DNA of 64,000 bases. Source: an uncultured Candidatus Competibacteraceae bacterium. GTDB lineage: Bacteria; Bacteroidota; Bacteroidia; CAIKAF01. Below the pieces are notes generated by a model. It did not search any database. It had not been told where the DNA came from and saw only the letters and a program-made list of their open reading frames with translations. Below are positions 50,855 to 60,728 of this stretch, in pieces. The stretch lies in the NCBI GenBank assembly GCA_964578885.1, contig CAZOEO010000019.1:245-64244 (forward strand), in the 5' to 3' direction. Each line of letters starts with the position of its first letter. Position 1 is the first letter of the stretch. A program made the position numbers and the translations under genes.

Positions 50855-52053
50855 AAGTTCATATCAAATTTTTCAAAGGCCATGGAGGTTGCAGCACACG
50901 CTTCCTGATAAACATTAGGTTGTGCGATCCACTTTTCCATTTTCTCTGCGAGGTCCTGTACGCCCGGCTTTTTATCTGGTCCATCATCTATGAGTTGGCC
51001 AGCCAATCGGCCGTCTTTGGTTTGCAACATGAGTTCAATATCGCCCCTACGTGAGGCTATTACCGGCCGTCCCATTGACAAACATTCTATGATGGTATAT
51101 GGTGTGCTTTCGCGAAGTGAAGAAAGTAAACCCGCATGCCAATCGGGCATCACCTGACGGGCATCCGATACATCGGTGCGGAAAACCAAGCCGGGAACAG
51201 TGGCATAACGCGTTTGTAAAAAATCCGTGTATGTTCCGGGGGGAATCACCGCCGTAAATTTGGTTTCAGGGAATTTTTCTTGTACCCTACAAAATGCATC
51301 TAAAGCGATTTCCCAACCCTTTTCAGCGGTGCTTCGTCCAATCATTCCGAAATGAAACGCCGGCTGATGAACCGGAGGCTGATAAGATTTGGCTTCCAGG
51401 CCCAGCCAGATTTGCCGGGATGGTTGCCGCATGGCAAAAATGTCATTGAGCTGGGAAAAAACACTGCTGACCGTAATCACTTGGTCGGCTTCTTTGAAAA
51501 GCGCAGCCATTTGCTGGAAATAGGCCTCACGTTCTGCTTCCGGCGCCAATTGATAAATCAGCACCAAAGGACTTGAATGTGTGGTAATCACCCATGAAAA
51601 AGAGCCATTGGGTCTGATGTGATTTAGGGTAAAGCAATCCGCAGAAAACAAGTGAGAGTGAACCGCAGAAATCGCGTGTTTCTTCAGCATTCGCGACCAG
51701 TACTCAGATTTAGTTTCCTGCCTCCATCGTTTAAACAAACCTTTGGGAGCTGCAGGTACAGGAGGAATCAATGTCGCCTCAGCACTATCCAAAAAAAGAG
51801 AGACAAAATGAGGCTGGTTATGTTTCGGATCTATGGTGGTCACGAAAATGCGCCAATCCTTTTTCAATGCCTGCGCCAAACGTAAAATGAAAATTTCCGC
51901 TCCACCAGTAGATAAGGCATTGACAACAAATAAAAGCCCGGGTTTTCTTTTCGAGCGCTCCCCCATATGATATCCTAAAATGTGAGACCAAGGTAAGGTT
52001 TCAAAAGAGAAATAATGGTTAAACTGGTTAGAAAACCTGCTGAAAAATGTCAT
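50797..52053 (-). CDS. Glycosyltransferase, GT4-like paralog of the downstream gene (true start possibly at MGERSK, nt 51966).
   Basis: LLFVVNALSTGGAEIFILRLAQALKKDWRIFVTT is parallel to the N-terminus of 49574..50854. Confidence 0.65.
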   Translation of the reverse strand: MTFFSRFSNQFNHYFSFETLPWSHILGYHMGERSKRKPGLLFVVNALSTGGAEIFILRLAQALKKDWRIFVTTIDPKHNQPHFVSLFLDSAEATLIPPVPAAPKGLFKRWRQETKSEYWSRMLKKHAISAVHSHLFSADCFTLNHIRPNGSFSWVITTHSSPLVLIYQLAPEAEREAYFQQMAALFKEADQVITVSSVFSQLNDIFAMRQPSRQIWLGLEAKSYQPPVHQPAFHFGMIGRSTAEKGWEIALDAFCRVQEKFPETKFTAVIPPGTYTDFLQTRYATVPGLVFRTDVSDARQVMPDWHAGLLSSLRESTPYTIIECLSMGRPVIASRRGDIELMLQTKDGRLAGQLIDDGPDKKPGVQDLAEKMEKWIAQPNVYQEACAATSMAFEKFDMNFCAAQYQDLWQTLFLAQSK

Positions 52054-52123
52054 TTAGAACAAAAACAACAAAATATATCCTAAAACTAATCGCATTTCCT
52101 TTTCTTTGGGATGAAATGCCGCT

Positions 52124-52897
52124 ATGGAACCTTTATCCGTTGCCATTATTACATTTAACGAAGCTCATCGGCTGGAGGCCTGCTTGGCCGCTGTCCAATC
52201 TTTTGCCGATGAAGTAGTGATTTTAGATTCCGGATCTACAGACCAAACCCTGTCCATTGCCCAGGCTTTTGGAGCGAAATGCCACACCCATTCTTTCGAC
52301 GGACATATTGAACAGAAAAACAGAATTCTGCAATTGACCAAACATGCCCTGGTCCTTTCTTTAGATGCAGATGAGGTGGTAGATGCAGCTTTGGCGGAGG
52401 CCATTATATCGGTTAAAAAAAACAGACAGGCAAATGCGTACATCGTACAAAGGTTGAATCATTATGGTCCAAAGCCGATTTATCATGGCGGATGGTTTCC
52501 GGATCTCAAATGTAGGTTATGGATCAAAACCTGCGGCGAATGGGGCGGACAGAATCCACACGATGCTTTTCAATTGAACCCAGGCATCCAAACACAAACT
52601 TTACCCGGTTTTTTGCTGCACTACTCCTTTCCAGATGCCGATGCGCATGCAGAAAAATCCAAAAAATATGCCGCCATTGCAGCTCAAGCTTACTGGAAGG
52701 CGGGTAAAAAGGCATATCCAGGACAAGGTTACGTGCATGGTATGGCCCGATGGCTGCGAGATTACATTTGGCGAAAAGGATTTCTAGACGGACAGGCCGG
52801 CTGGGATATTGCCGCCATCACGTTTAGAGAAGTTGTATTGAAATACGCCTTGCTTCGGGAGAAAATGAAACAGAAGCGCATCCTATCCGAAGGATAA
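52124..52897 (+). CDS. Glycosyltransferase family 2.
   Basis: VAIITFNEA...ILDSGSTDQT... DxD region, characteristic of GT2. Confidence 0.85.
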   Translation: MEPLSVAIITFNEAHRLEACLAAVQSFADEVVILDSGSTDQTLSIAQAFGAKCHTHSFDGHIEQKNRILQLTKHALVLSLDADEVVDAALAEAIISVKKNRQANAYIVQRLNHYGPKPIYHGGWFPDLKCRLWIKTCGEWGGQNPHDAFQLNPGIQTQTLPGFLLHYSFPDADAHAEKSKKYAAIAAQAYWKAGKKAYPGQGYVHGMARWLRDYIWRKGFLDGQAGWDIAAITFREVVLKYALLREKMKQKRILSEG

Positions 52898-52929
52898 CCC
52901 CTATTTTCTGCCCGAAACAGAAACGATTA

Positions 52930-52965
52930 AAATATAAAAGCCCGAACGAATCCGGGCTTCTCATT
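52930..52965. terminator. Bidirectional terminator hairpin (agcccgaacgaatccgggct).
   Basis: Stem-loop between convergent genes. Confidence 0.55.
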
Positions 52966-52981
52966 TTATGCTTAAAGCGGT

Positions 52982-53977
52982 TTATCTGCGATTTTGTTGA
53001 ATATAGGCATTCAAATCGTCGATGCTGCTCTCGAAGGTAAACGCATCATTCACCTGAAAATAATTCGCCGGATCTACCACACGGGCATAGGCGAACTTGG
53101 CCATCTCTAATTTGCTTTCTTCAAAAGAGAAAAGTCCAAGCAATTGCACTACCTGAGAAGTGCTGAGGCAATTGGCACTCACCACTTGCTTGGCGGTGGT
53201 GATTTTAGATTCCTCGAAGCTCTTGGATTGGATGCTATTGACGGCGGTGCTAAATGAATTTCCGGACATGGCCATGGTGCAATTGGAGGAAGTTTGCACC
53301 GCCTGGGTTTGGGCTGGACGCGCGGGCTCCACCATTCCAGTAGTAGTGGTGGTGGTCGTGGTCGTCATGGTCGTTGATTGAGAAGTATTTACCCCAACGC
53401 CCATGTTGATTCCTAAATTTACATTCGTAGAAATTTGTTCGCCAGTAACGCCATCGCGGATTTCTACATTCATTCCAATGCCATTGCCGGGCACACCTAC
53501 ATTCATATTGACATTTCCACCGGGTGTGGTGGTGGTCACGGTAGTGGTTTCTCTGACTACTGTACTTGCAGGCGCAGGAGAAGATGTAATCATAATAGAT
53601 CCATTTCCACCCTGATCTACCGGCGCTGCTTCACGAACAACCATCGTGGCCTGCATGGGCCCCTCACCTTGCCAAGTGGCGACCCATGCTCCTTTTTTAT
53701 TCTGACGAATGTTATAGGTGGTTTCGGCCCCGGGTTTACAACCAATGTTGGCAGAGAATTCACCGAGAGAAGGATTTTCGAACACCACCCTTAGTTTCAA
53801 AAATTCTGTGCGAATATCTGTTGCTGTCACATTGGATTCGGGCGTTGAATTCACCTGTTTACCGTTGGTGTAAGCCACAAACTTCTCACCATTTTCAGTA
53901 AAAAAGACCAGATTGCCGGATTGTGCCATGAGACCCAAACTAGCGGCCGTAAGCAGAAGAGTAAGAAAAGTTCTCAT
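52982..53977 (-). CDS. Secreted DUF4476-domain protein with an internal poly-Thr tract.
   Basis: Signal peptide; TTMTTTTTTTTTG tract; C-terminal FEESK...QVVQLLGLFSFEESKLEMAKFAY tandem motif typical of DUF4476. Confidence 0.7.
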   Translation of the reverse strand: MRTFLTLLLTAASLGLMAQSGNLVFFTENGEKFVAYTNGKQVNSTPESNVTATDIRTEFLKLRVVFENPSLGEFSANIGCKPGAETTYNIRQNKKGAWVATWQGEGPMQATMVVREAAPVDQGGNGSIMITSSPAPASTVVRETTTVTTTTPGGNVNMNVGVPGNGIGMNVEIRDGVTGEQISTNVNLGINMGVGVNTSQSTTMTTTTTTTTTGMVEPARPAQTQAVQTSSNCTMAMSGNSFSTAVNSIQSKSFEESKITTAKQVVSANCLSTSQVVQLLGLFSFEESKLEMAKFAYARVVDPANYFQVNDAFTFESSIDDLNAYIQQNRR

Positions 53978-54127
53978 ATTGATTGAATTAAATGTTTTAT
54001 CGGCTTAAAACCAAAGGTTGTGCCAAAAAATAAATGTCTCTGATTTATAGGCCGGATAAAAATAAAAAAATGAAAGGAATTATAAATATATCTCTGATTT
54101 TCAATACTAAAAAATCATGGACACCTT

Positions 54128-55924
54128 TTACCAAATCATCTGCAAATGATACGGCATGGCCATTTGCACGCCTTTTAATTGTTGAGCATGTTTTACCCTC
54201 TGGTATGTTTGATAGACCTGCTCCAAACCGTAGGTGGCAATAGCCGCTTTGGCTTGCGCGTTCAGACCGCTCAAAAAAGCTTCCAATGGATCTTTAGGCT
54301 TGGGCAATTCCACCAGGCTAAAAGATTCTAAACCAGCCAAAGAGGCAGCATGGCGTATGGCATCTTGTAAACCGCCAATCGAGTCGACCAATCCCCTAGC
54401 TAGCGCCTGACGTCCGGTCCAAACACGGCCTTCGCCAAGAGAATCTGCTACAAGCGCTTGGTCCAGATTACGACCTGTGGCTACACGATGGGTGAAATCG
54501 GCATAGACCTTGTCTACATTTCTTTGAAGCGCCAATTTTTCGCGTTCATGCAAAGGCCGGGAACCCGTAGGGAAATCGGCATGGGAGTTGGTAAGAACGG
54601 TGTCGGTGGTGACACCTAACTTTTCATTCAGCATCCGTTGGGCATTGAATAATAATCCAAAAACACCAATGGACCCCGTCAGGGTATGGGCATCTGCAAA
54701 AATAATATTGGCTCCGCAGGCGATATAATATCCACCTGAAGCGGCCATATTACCCATGGAAACCACCACCGGCTTTTTTTCTTTTAATCTGGCAATAGAC
54801 CGCCAAATCAACTCAGAGGCCATGGCGTCTCCGCCGGGCGAATTCACCCGCAACACCACCGCTTTCACATCTTCGTCTTCACGCACTTCGTCCAGCACTT
54901 CACAAAAATCATCGGAGGCAATTTGGTCTCCATCTCCTTTTCCCCGAACAATTTCACCGGAAGCATACACAATTGCAATTTGCTCTTTCGCGCTCGATTT
55001 GGCTTTGGCCTGCAACATGGCATACGAGGCGTACCGGTCGAAGGCCAGTAGATGAGAAGATTCCTCATCATCCTCTTCCCAACCCGCCTTTTTCCCAAGA
55101 ATAGCCATCACCTCATCGCGATAGGCAAGGGCTGAAACCATTTGGTGATCAAAGGCTTCCAGCGCAGTAACTACGGATAATTCATTGGCAAAGTGCTGAA
55201 GGCTATCGATAGGAATGTTCATTTTTTCAGAAACCGACAACAATACATCTCCCCAAATTTCGTGAAGTAAGGAGGCCATTTGCTCACGGTTGGCCGGAGA
55301 AGCTTTGTCCAGAATAAAGGGTTCGACCGCAGATTTAAATTTATTGCCGCTTGGCCGGATGGCATAGGGTTCTACACCAATTTTATCCAAAACTCCTTTA
55401 AAAAACATCATTTCTGTACCCAAGCCTTTCCAAACAAAATCGCCATAAGGGTTCAGGAAAATGGAATCTGCCACCATGGACATCCGATAAGCCGATTGGG
55501 ACATGGATTCCCCGTAAGACAGAATAAATTTTCCACTCTTTTTAAATTCCAATAATGCGCGTTGTATTTCATTGAAATTAGCCATCCCCATTGGGACTGC
55601 ATTGACCTCCATAAAAATACCTTTCACTTTATCATCTGTGGCCGCATAGCGCAACCCTTCCAGAAAGGTTCGCAAATCGATGGCTCCTTCTTCTTTGCCC
55701 TTTGAAAAAGAGTCGAAAGGATTTTCAGGATTTCGGTCTTCCACTGGTTTGGAAAACCTTAAGTGCAGTACCGAGCGGTCTTTTACAGAAATAATAGAGG
55801 AAGAAGATGACGTTTCATCCGAGAAAATGGCAGCCACACCAGCGATGGTCATTATGGCAAAAAGCACAGTGGCGATAACCATACCTAGCACAGACCCGAC
55901 AAAGGCGCCCCAAAATTGTTTCAT
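54128..55924 (-). CDS. sppA: Signal peptide peptidase SppA (67K type / protease IV). Start set at MKQFWG.
   Basis: N-terminal TM segment, two ClpP/crotonase-like halves, GNMAASGGYYIACGANIIFA. Confidence 0.85.
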   Translation of the reverse strand: MKQFWGAFVGSVLGMVIATVLFAIMTIAGVAAIFSDETSSSSSIISVKDRSVLHLRFSKPVEDRNPENPFDSFSKGKEEGAIDLRTFLEGLRYAATDDKVKGIFMEVNAVPMGMANFNEIQRALLEFKKSGKFILSYGESMSQSAYRMSMVADSIFLNPYGDFVWKGLGTEMMFFKGVLDKIGVEPYAIRPSGNKFKSAVEPFILDKASPANREQMASLLHEIWGDVLLSVSEKMNIPIDSLQHFANELSVVTALEAFDHQMVSALAYRDEVMAILGKKAGWEEDDEESSHLLAFDRYASYAMLQAKAKSSAKEQIAIVYASGEIVRGKGDGDQIASDDFCEVLDEVREDEDVKAVVLRVNSPGGDAMASELIWRSIARLKEKKPVVVSMGNMAASGGYYIACGANIIFADAHTLTGSIGVFGLLFNAQRMLNEKLGVTTDTVLTNSHADFPTGSRPLHEREKLALQRNVDKVYADFTHRVATGRNLDQALVADSLGEGRVWTGRQALARGLVDSIGGLQDAIRHAASLAGLESFSLVELPKPKDPLEAFLSGLNAQAKAAIATYGLEQVYQTYQRVKHAQQLKGVQMAMPYHLQMIW

Positions 55925-56017
55925 TAGCGTTATTTTCCCCAAATGTAAAACAGGAAACACGCAACCTCATATAAATGAAACAATTATTTTAGTGAAAAAA
56001 ACTGAAAAACAGCATCA

Positions 56018-56422
56018 TCAACCCAAAAGAACCCCCATTTGCTCCATGACGGGAATGGAAGTCACATGGTTGGCATGAATGGTTTCAGGCAAAAAAATAA
56101 ACTTTTTGTCGTACAGCAATCCATCCACATAGAAGCTCACCCAATACTCATTATTGAGTCCAAACACTTCGGGTTGAATGGGTTCTATTTTCACTTTATC
56201 TTTGGCTTGAAGCTGGTCGAAATATTGCCGGAGCGTTGAGGTTTTAATGGATTCTCCGTTTATTTCCCCATAACCGCGCGAAGTAACCAGCACATCTTTC
56301 AGGATGGTTTCGGTATCATTGATCAAAAAAACGGCCCAATCCGGTTCAAGACCAGGCAAGGCCAAATCTACGGCGGCCACATACACCTGCTTTACCTCCG
56401 GATGCTGAATATCTTTTTTCAT
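56018..56422 (-). CDS. Hypothetical protein (134 aa) downstream of nadE.
   Basis: ORF with 4-nt overlap to the nadE stop. Confidence 0.4.
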   Translation of the reverse strand: MKKDIQHPEVKQVYVAAVDLALPGLEPDWAVFLINDTETILKDVLVTSRGYGEINGESIKTSTLRQYFDQLQAKDKVKIEPIQPEVFGLNNEYWVSFYVDGLLYDKKFIFLPETIHANHVTSIPVMEQMGVLLG

Positions 56423-58098
56423 AGTTGAAATCTTGCTGTTAAAGGCATTTTACGACCATAACCAAAAGCCTTGGTGGTAACGCGCAATACTGGTGCCATT
56501 TGAAAGCGTTTAAATTCATGTCGGTTCACCAATGCCAGTACTTTTTGGACCACATAAGGTTCAAATCCCGCTTTCACCAAATCTTCCTGTCCCCATCTCA
56601 AATCAATGTACTTCTCCAGTAGGGCGTCCAGTAAAGGATAAGGAGGCAAATTATCCTGATCGAGCTGGCCTGGTTTTAACTCGGCAGAAGGAGCCTTGGT
56701 GATAGAACGCAGTGGAATTCTCTCCTGTTTACGGTTGATATATTTGGCCAATTCCCATACTTTGGTTTTATACACATCACCCAAAACAGCTAAACTTCCG
56801 CACATATCGCCATATAAAGTGCCATATCCCACGGCTGCTTCACTTTTATTGGTGGTATTCAACAAGACCAAACCATGGTTATTGGAAAAAGCCATGAGCA
56901 ACAACCCGCGGATTCTGGCCTGAAGGTTTTGTGCCGTCAAGTCTTCCAGTGGCTCACCCAGATGAGGTTGTAAGGTCTCGTGCGCCTGCTGCATCAGCCC
57001 CTCGATGGGTGTAATATGGTGATGTATTCCAATATTTTGAACCAGGGCGAGACCATCTTCCATGGCGTGATCGGACGTCCAGGGCGAAGGTAAAAGAACG
57101 CCTGTTACATTTTCTTTTCCCAAAGCATCTGCCGCCAAGACCGCTGTTACGGCAGAGTCAATTCCGCCGGAAATTCCCAGTACGGCTTTGGTAAAACCAT
57201 TTTTCACGAAAAAGTCGCGAATACCCAGTACCAGCGCTTCATAAACATGTTCGATTACAGGCGGAAGAGCCACAGGAACTGGCGCCGGAAGGGCTAAATC
57301 CACGGTAAAAACACCTTCCTGAAACCAGGGCAACTGCGCCAAAAACTCACCGTTGGGCTGCACCACCATGGAACCACCGTCGAACAAATAACCGGTGTTT
57401 CCACCTACCTGATTGACGTAAACAAAAGGAGCCGTAAGGAAATCGTCCGCCACATGATGAGCCACCATGGCGCGGCGACGTTCGGCCTGGTGCATGGAAT
57501 ATGGAGAAGCGGAAATATTGATAATCACGTCTGGTTTTGGACCCTGCTTCCATTGCTCAAGCAAATGGATGCGGTATGGTCTGCGTTGTTTTGCCGGCAA
57601 TCCGGCAGGATCTAGTCCGGCGGGATCGGTCACATTCCATGCATCTTCGCAAATCATCAAAGCGAAGGTTTTCCCGTTCCATGTAAAAGGAAGGTTTTCC
57701 TGGGCGGGTTCAAAATATCGTGCCTCGTCGAAGATGTCGTAATCCGGTAACAACGTTTTGTGGCGGGTAGCTACAATTTTACCATCCGCCAGGAAAAGGG
57801 CGGAATTATGCAGCATTTTTCCGAATCCGGACGTATTAAAAGTTGGCGCTCCCACAATCATGGCGGGAAAACCGGAAGCGGTGGCAGCTGCCAATTGGCC
57901 GATCGTCTTTTCTACCCTTTTGAGAAATCCTGCATTTTGCAGCAAATCTTCGGGAGGATATCCGGTGAGACATAATTCGGGGAAAACAACCATTTCAGCA
58001 CCTTGTGACCGGGCCACCCGGGCTGCATCCACAATCCGGAGCATATTTCCGTCCAGATCACCAATGATCGGATTCACTTGAGCTACGGCTATTTTCAT
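56419..58098 (-). CDS. nadE: Glutamine-dependent NAD+ synthetase. Start set at MKIAVAQVNP.
   Basis: N-terminal CN-hydrolase domain (MVVFPELCLTGYPPED) plus C-terminal NAD synthase (GISGGIDSAV PP-loop). Confidence 0.9.
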   Translation of the reverse strand: MKIAVAQVNPIIGDLDGNMLRIVDAARVARSQGAEMVVFPELCLTGYPPEDLLQNAGFLKRVEKTIGQLAAATASGFPAMIVGAPTFNTSGFGKMLHNSALFLADGKIVATRHKTLLPDYDIFDEARYFEPAQENLPFTWNGKTFALMICEDAWNVTDPAGLDPAGLPAKQRRPYRIHLLEQWKQGPKPDVIINISASPYSMHQAERRRAMVAHHVADDFLTAPFVYVNQVGGNTGYLFDGGSMVVQPNGEFLAQLPWFQEGVFTVDLALPAPVPVALPPVIEHVYEALVLGIRDFFVKNGFTKAVLGISGGIDSAVTAVLAADALGKENVTGVLLPSPWTSDHAMEDGLALVQNIGIHHHITPIEGLMQQAHETLQPHLGEPLEDLTAQNLQARIRGLLLMAFSNNHGLVLLNTTNKSEAAVGYGTLYGDMCGSLAVLGDVYKTKVWELAKYINRKQERIPLRSITKAPSAELKPGQLDQDNLPPYPLLDALLEKYIDLRWGQEDLVKAGFEPYVVQKVLALVNRHEFKRFQMAPVLRVTTKAFGYGRKMPLTARFQL

Positions 58099-58134
58099 AA
58101 CAAGATTTTGTTTGAAGTCGAGGAATGATAACAA

Positions 58135-59022
58135 TTAAGGCTTATCTCGGTTCACAATGGCAACACCAGCCAAAATAATGGCCATACCCAAAAAAGTATG
58201 AACCGTAATGGATTCACCCAAAAACCACCCCCATATTAAAGCAAAAAACGGAATTAAATATGTAACAGATGCAGCAAAAAGTACGGAAGTGTATCGAATC
58301 AGGTAATTAAACACAATCACCGCAATAGAAGTACCTATTACACCTAAAAGTACGATGTAGGCAGTCGCTTTAAGATGTGCTTCACTAGACACCATTTCCT
58401 GGAAAGAGCCAGAGACGGCCAAACCAATGAGACCAGGAATTCCTCCCATAAGTACGGAAGCTCCGGTTATGGTAACGGCATCCAGATGTTGAAGTTTATT
58501 TTTTATTAGATTGGTCGAAAACCCATAACACACGGCACCCAGAAGGGGCAGTAGCGCATAAAAAAGCATGGAAGCATCGGACCGCAGTCCATTTTGACTT
58601 AGAATCAGGTAGGAGGTGCCCAGCAGTCCTGTCAGAATTCCGGCGATGCCCCATTTACCCACGCGCAGTTTAAAAAGAAACATACCAACGATTAAGGTAA
58701 ACAAAGGGGCGGTAGCATTAATGATGCCGGCCAGAGATGAGTCGATTCTGGAAATCCCGATGGCAAAGAAAAAAGCTGGAATGGCAGACCCCAACAGACC
58801 GGTGAGCAAGAGCCAGGGCCAAGAGGCCCTGGGAATTGAAGACCATCTTGGGAGAAACCATGGAAGCAATGCAATACATGCAAAGCCAAGACGCATAGCG
58901 GCCACCTGAACCGCAGAAAACATGACCAGACCCTGCTTCATCAAAATGAAGGAACTTCCCCAAGTGATGCCCAGAACGGGGAGGGTAGTAAATTGCCCGG
59001 ATTTAGTTGCCAAATTAAACAC
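58135..59022 (-). CDS. EamA/DMT-family transporter (10 TM).
   Basis: Two EamA-like hydrophobic repeats. Confidence 0.75.
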   Translation of the reverse strand: MFNLATKSGQFTTLPVLGITWGSSFILMKQGLVMFSAVQVAAMRLGFACIALLPWFLPRWSSIPRASWPWLLLTGLLGSAIPAFFFAIGISRIDSSLAGIINATAPLFTLIVGMFLFKLRVGKWGIAGILTGLLGTSYLILSQNGLRSDASMLFYALLPLLGAVCYGFSTNLIKNKLQHLDAVTITGASVLMGGIPGLIGLAVSGSFQEMVSSEAHLKATAYIVLLGVIGTSIAVIVFNYLIRYTSVLFAASVTYLIPFFALIWGWFLGESITVHTFLGMAIILAGVAIVNRDKP

Positions 59023-59068
59023 CGGGCGAAGGTAAGAAAATCGCCCGCATCTCGCATAAAAGCGGCCA

Positions 59069-60579
59069 TTACCAGGATAAAATCACCTGACCATTTCCGG
59101 ATTGGAAACCGGCAGTTTGGGTAGTAGAAGAAGTTCCTGAAGGGTTTACGTATCCGGAACCACCTCCTGCTCCATTAATTTGCATTCCGCCGCCGCCATA
59201 CCAGCCTCCTCCTCCTCCGGTTCCAGAACAGCAGCAGGCGCTATTACTAAGGCCATTTCCGCCCACACCAAATGCACCATTGCCGGCGAAAGCTGCGCCA
59301 GGTGAGCAACCACCATTATTATACCTCCCGCCACTTCCACCAGCAGATTGAGTTCCGCCTTGCGCCCAGTTTCCTGCACCCAAAGTAGAGCCCTGACCAC
59401 CTGTTAATCCGCCTCCTGCTCCACCATTTCCCTGAGCTCCGCCTCCGCCACCGCCAGCAACCACGATGCGATCATTCAAACTTTGGCCTCCACGACGTAA
59501 ATCTGAAGCACCGCCGCCACCGCCGCCAGATACAACCCCGCTACCTCCGCCATTCCACCCAGCCGCTTCCAATGGATTGGGTGTGCCACCTACGTATACG
59601 AACAACGTTTCACCCGGAGTTACCGCTAAAGTGGTTTGAACACGACCTCCCAAGCCCCCTGCACCGCTTCCAGAATTACCTGTTCCACCTTGTGCTCCCC
59701 TTACATCTACCTGCAAAGAGGTAACACAAACCGGCACGACAAAAGTTTGAGCGTTTCCTGTAAAATTAAATGTTTGGGACTGGCCCATGGGCATGGCTGG
59801 GCAATTTTGTATCGTTATATTTTGAGACTGTGTGGCCGTGCAACCCAACCCATCTGTTACGGTAAGAGAAATGGTATAACTACCAGTAGAACCATATGTA
59901 AAGCTAGGATTTTGAGTTGTGGAAGAAGATGGCGTGGCACCTGTGGCTGTCCAGGCATAAGTGAGTCCAGGACCAGCCGGGCCAGTAGCCTGAAAGGGTG
60001 CATTCAGGATAGCCGTAGTGCCGGGCAGAGTAAACGTGGCCGAAGGTGGATTCGGGCAAAGAATCGCCGTAACTTGCTGTGTGGTGGAATCTTTACACCC
60101 AGAGGCATCGGAAACGACCAATTTTAAAGAATAGGTCCCGGCTACGCTGTAGAAAAAGTAGGTTGCGCAGCAACAGAGGTCACCGGAGAAGCACCAACGG
60201 CGGTCCATTGATAAGTAAGTCCGGGAGCGGATGGTGCTGTTACCTGGAAACTACTATTTACGACGACCGAAGAAGGTGCAGAAAAAGTGGCGGGAGGTGG
60301 CGCTGGGCAATTACAATACACATGTTGCCATCCGGAAGGCATAAATATGTCGATACAGCCATCTGTTGTATTGTATACCACCAGCCCATGAGCAGGATTG
60401 GAAATGGCATTTCGTTCCGTAAGGGTAAGTCGTGGTGGTAAAAAGCCTTGCTGATTGCCACCAATATCTAAAGCGGCTGAAGGATGAGGCGAATTGGTAT
60501 GAATACCTACCGATTGAGCAAAAAGCTCGCAAGGAAGTATTCCTAATAAGCAAAACAACAAGCATCGAAACGTCATCAT
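59069..60579 (-). pseudogene. Secreted protein with two PKD-like Ig repeats and a ~230-aa glycine-rich C-terminal domain, split into two ORFs (60142..60579 and 59069..60208) by a single frameshift at an A5 run around 60153-60157.
   Basis: ORF2 ends ...AAQPTFSTA* and ORF1, in the adjacent frame, continues CATYFFYSVAGTYSLKLVVSD across the same nucleotides. The signal peptide exists only on ORF2. Confidence 0.6.
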
Positions 60580-60603
60580 CGAGTAAATGATTTTATATCA
60601 AAA

Positions 60604-60625
60604 AAAGCGGCCGAAGCCGCTTAAA
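60604..60625 (-). terminator. Terminator after the PaaE-like gene (aagcggcttcggccgctt + T7 on the minus strand).
   Basis: Hairpin plus U-run. Confidence 0.6.
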
Positions 60626-60728
60626 GAAACAATTAGCCTCTTTCAACCAGAAAAAGGCCACTTTACGAAAGTCTTTTTAAGCCTTTTTAAATTTAAATAA
60701 AAAGAATTTAAACACAATACGCAAAGAT

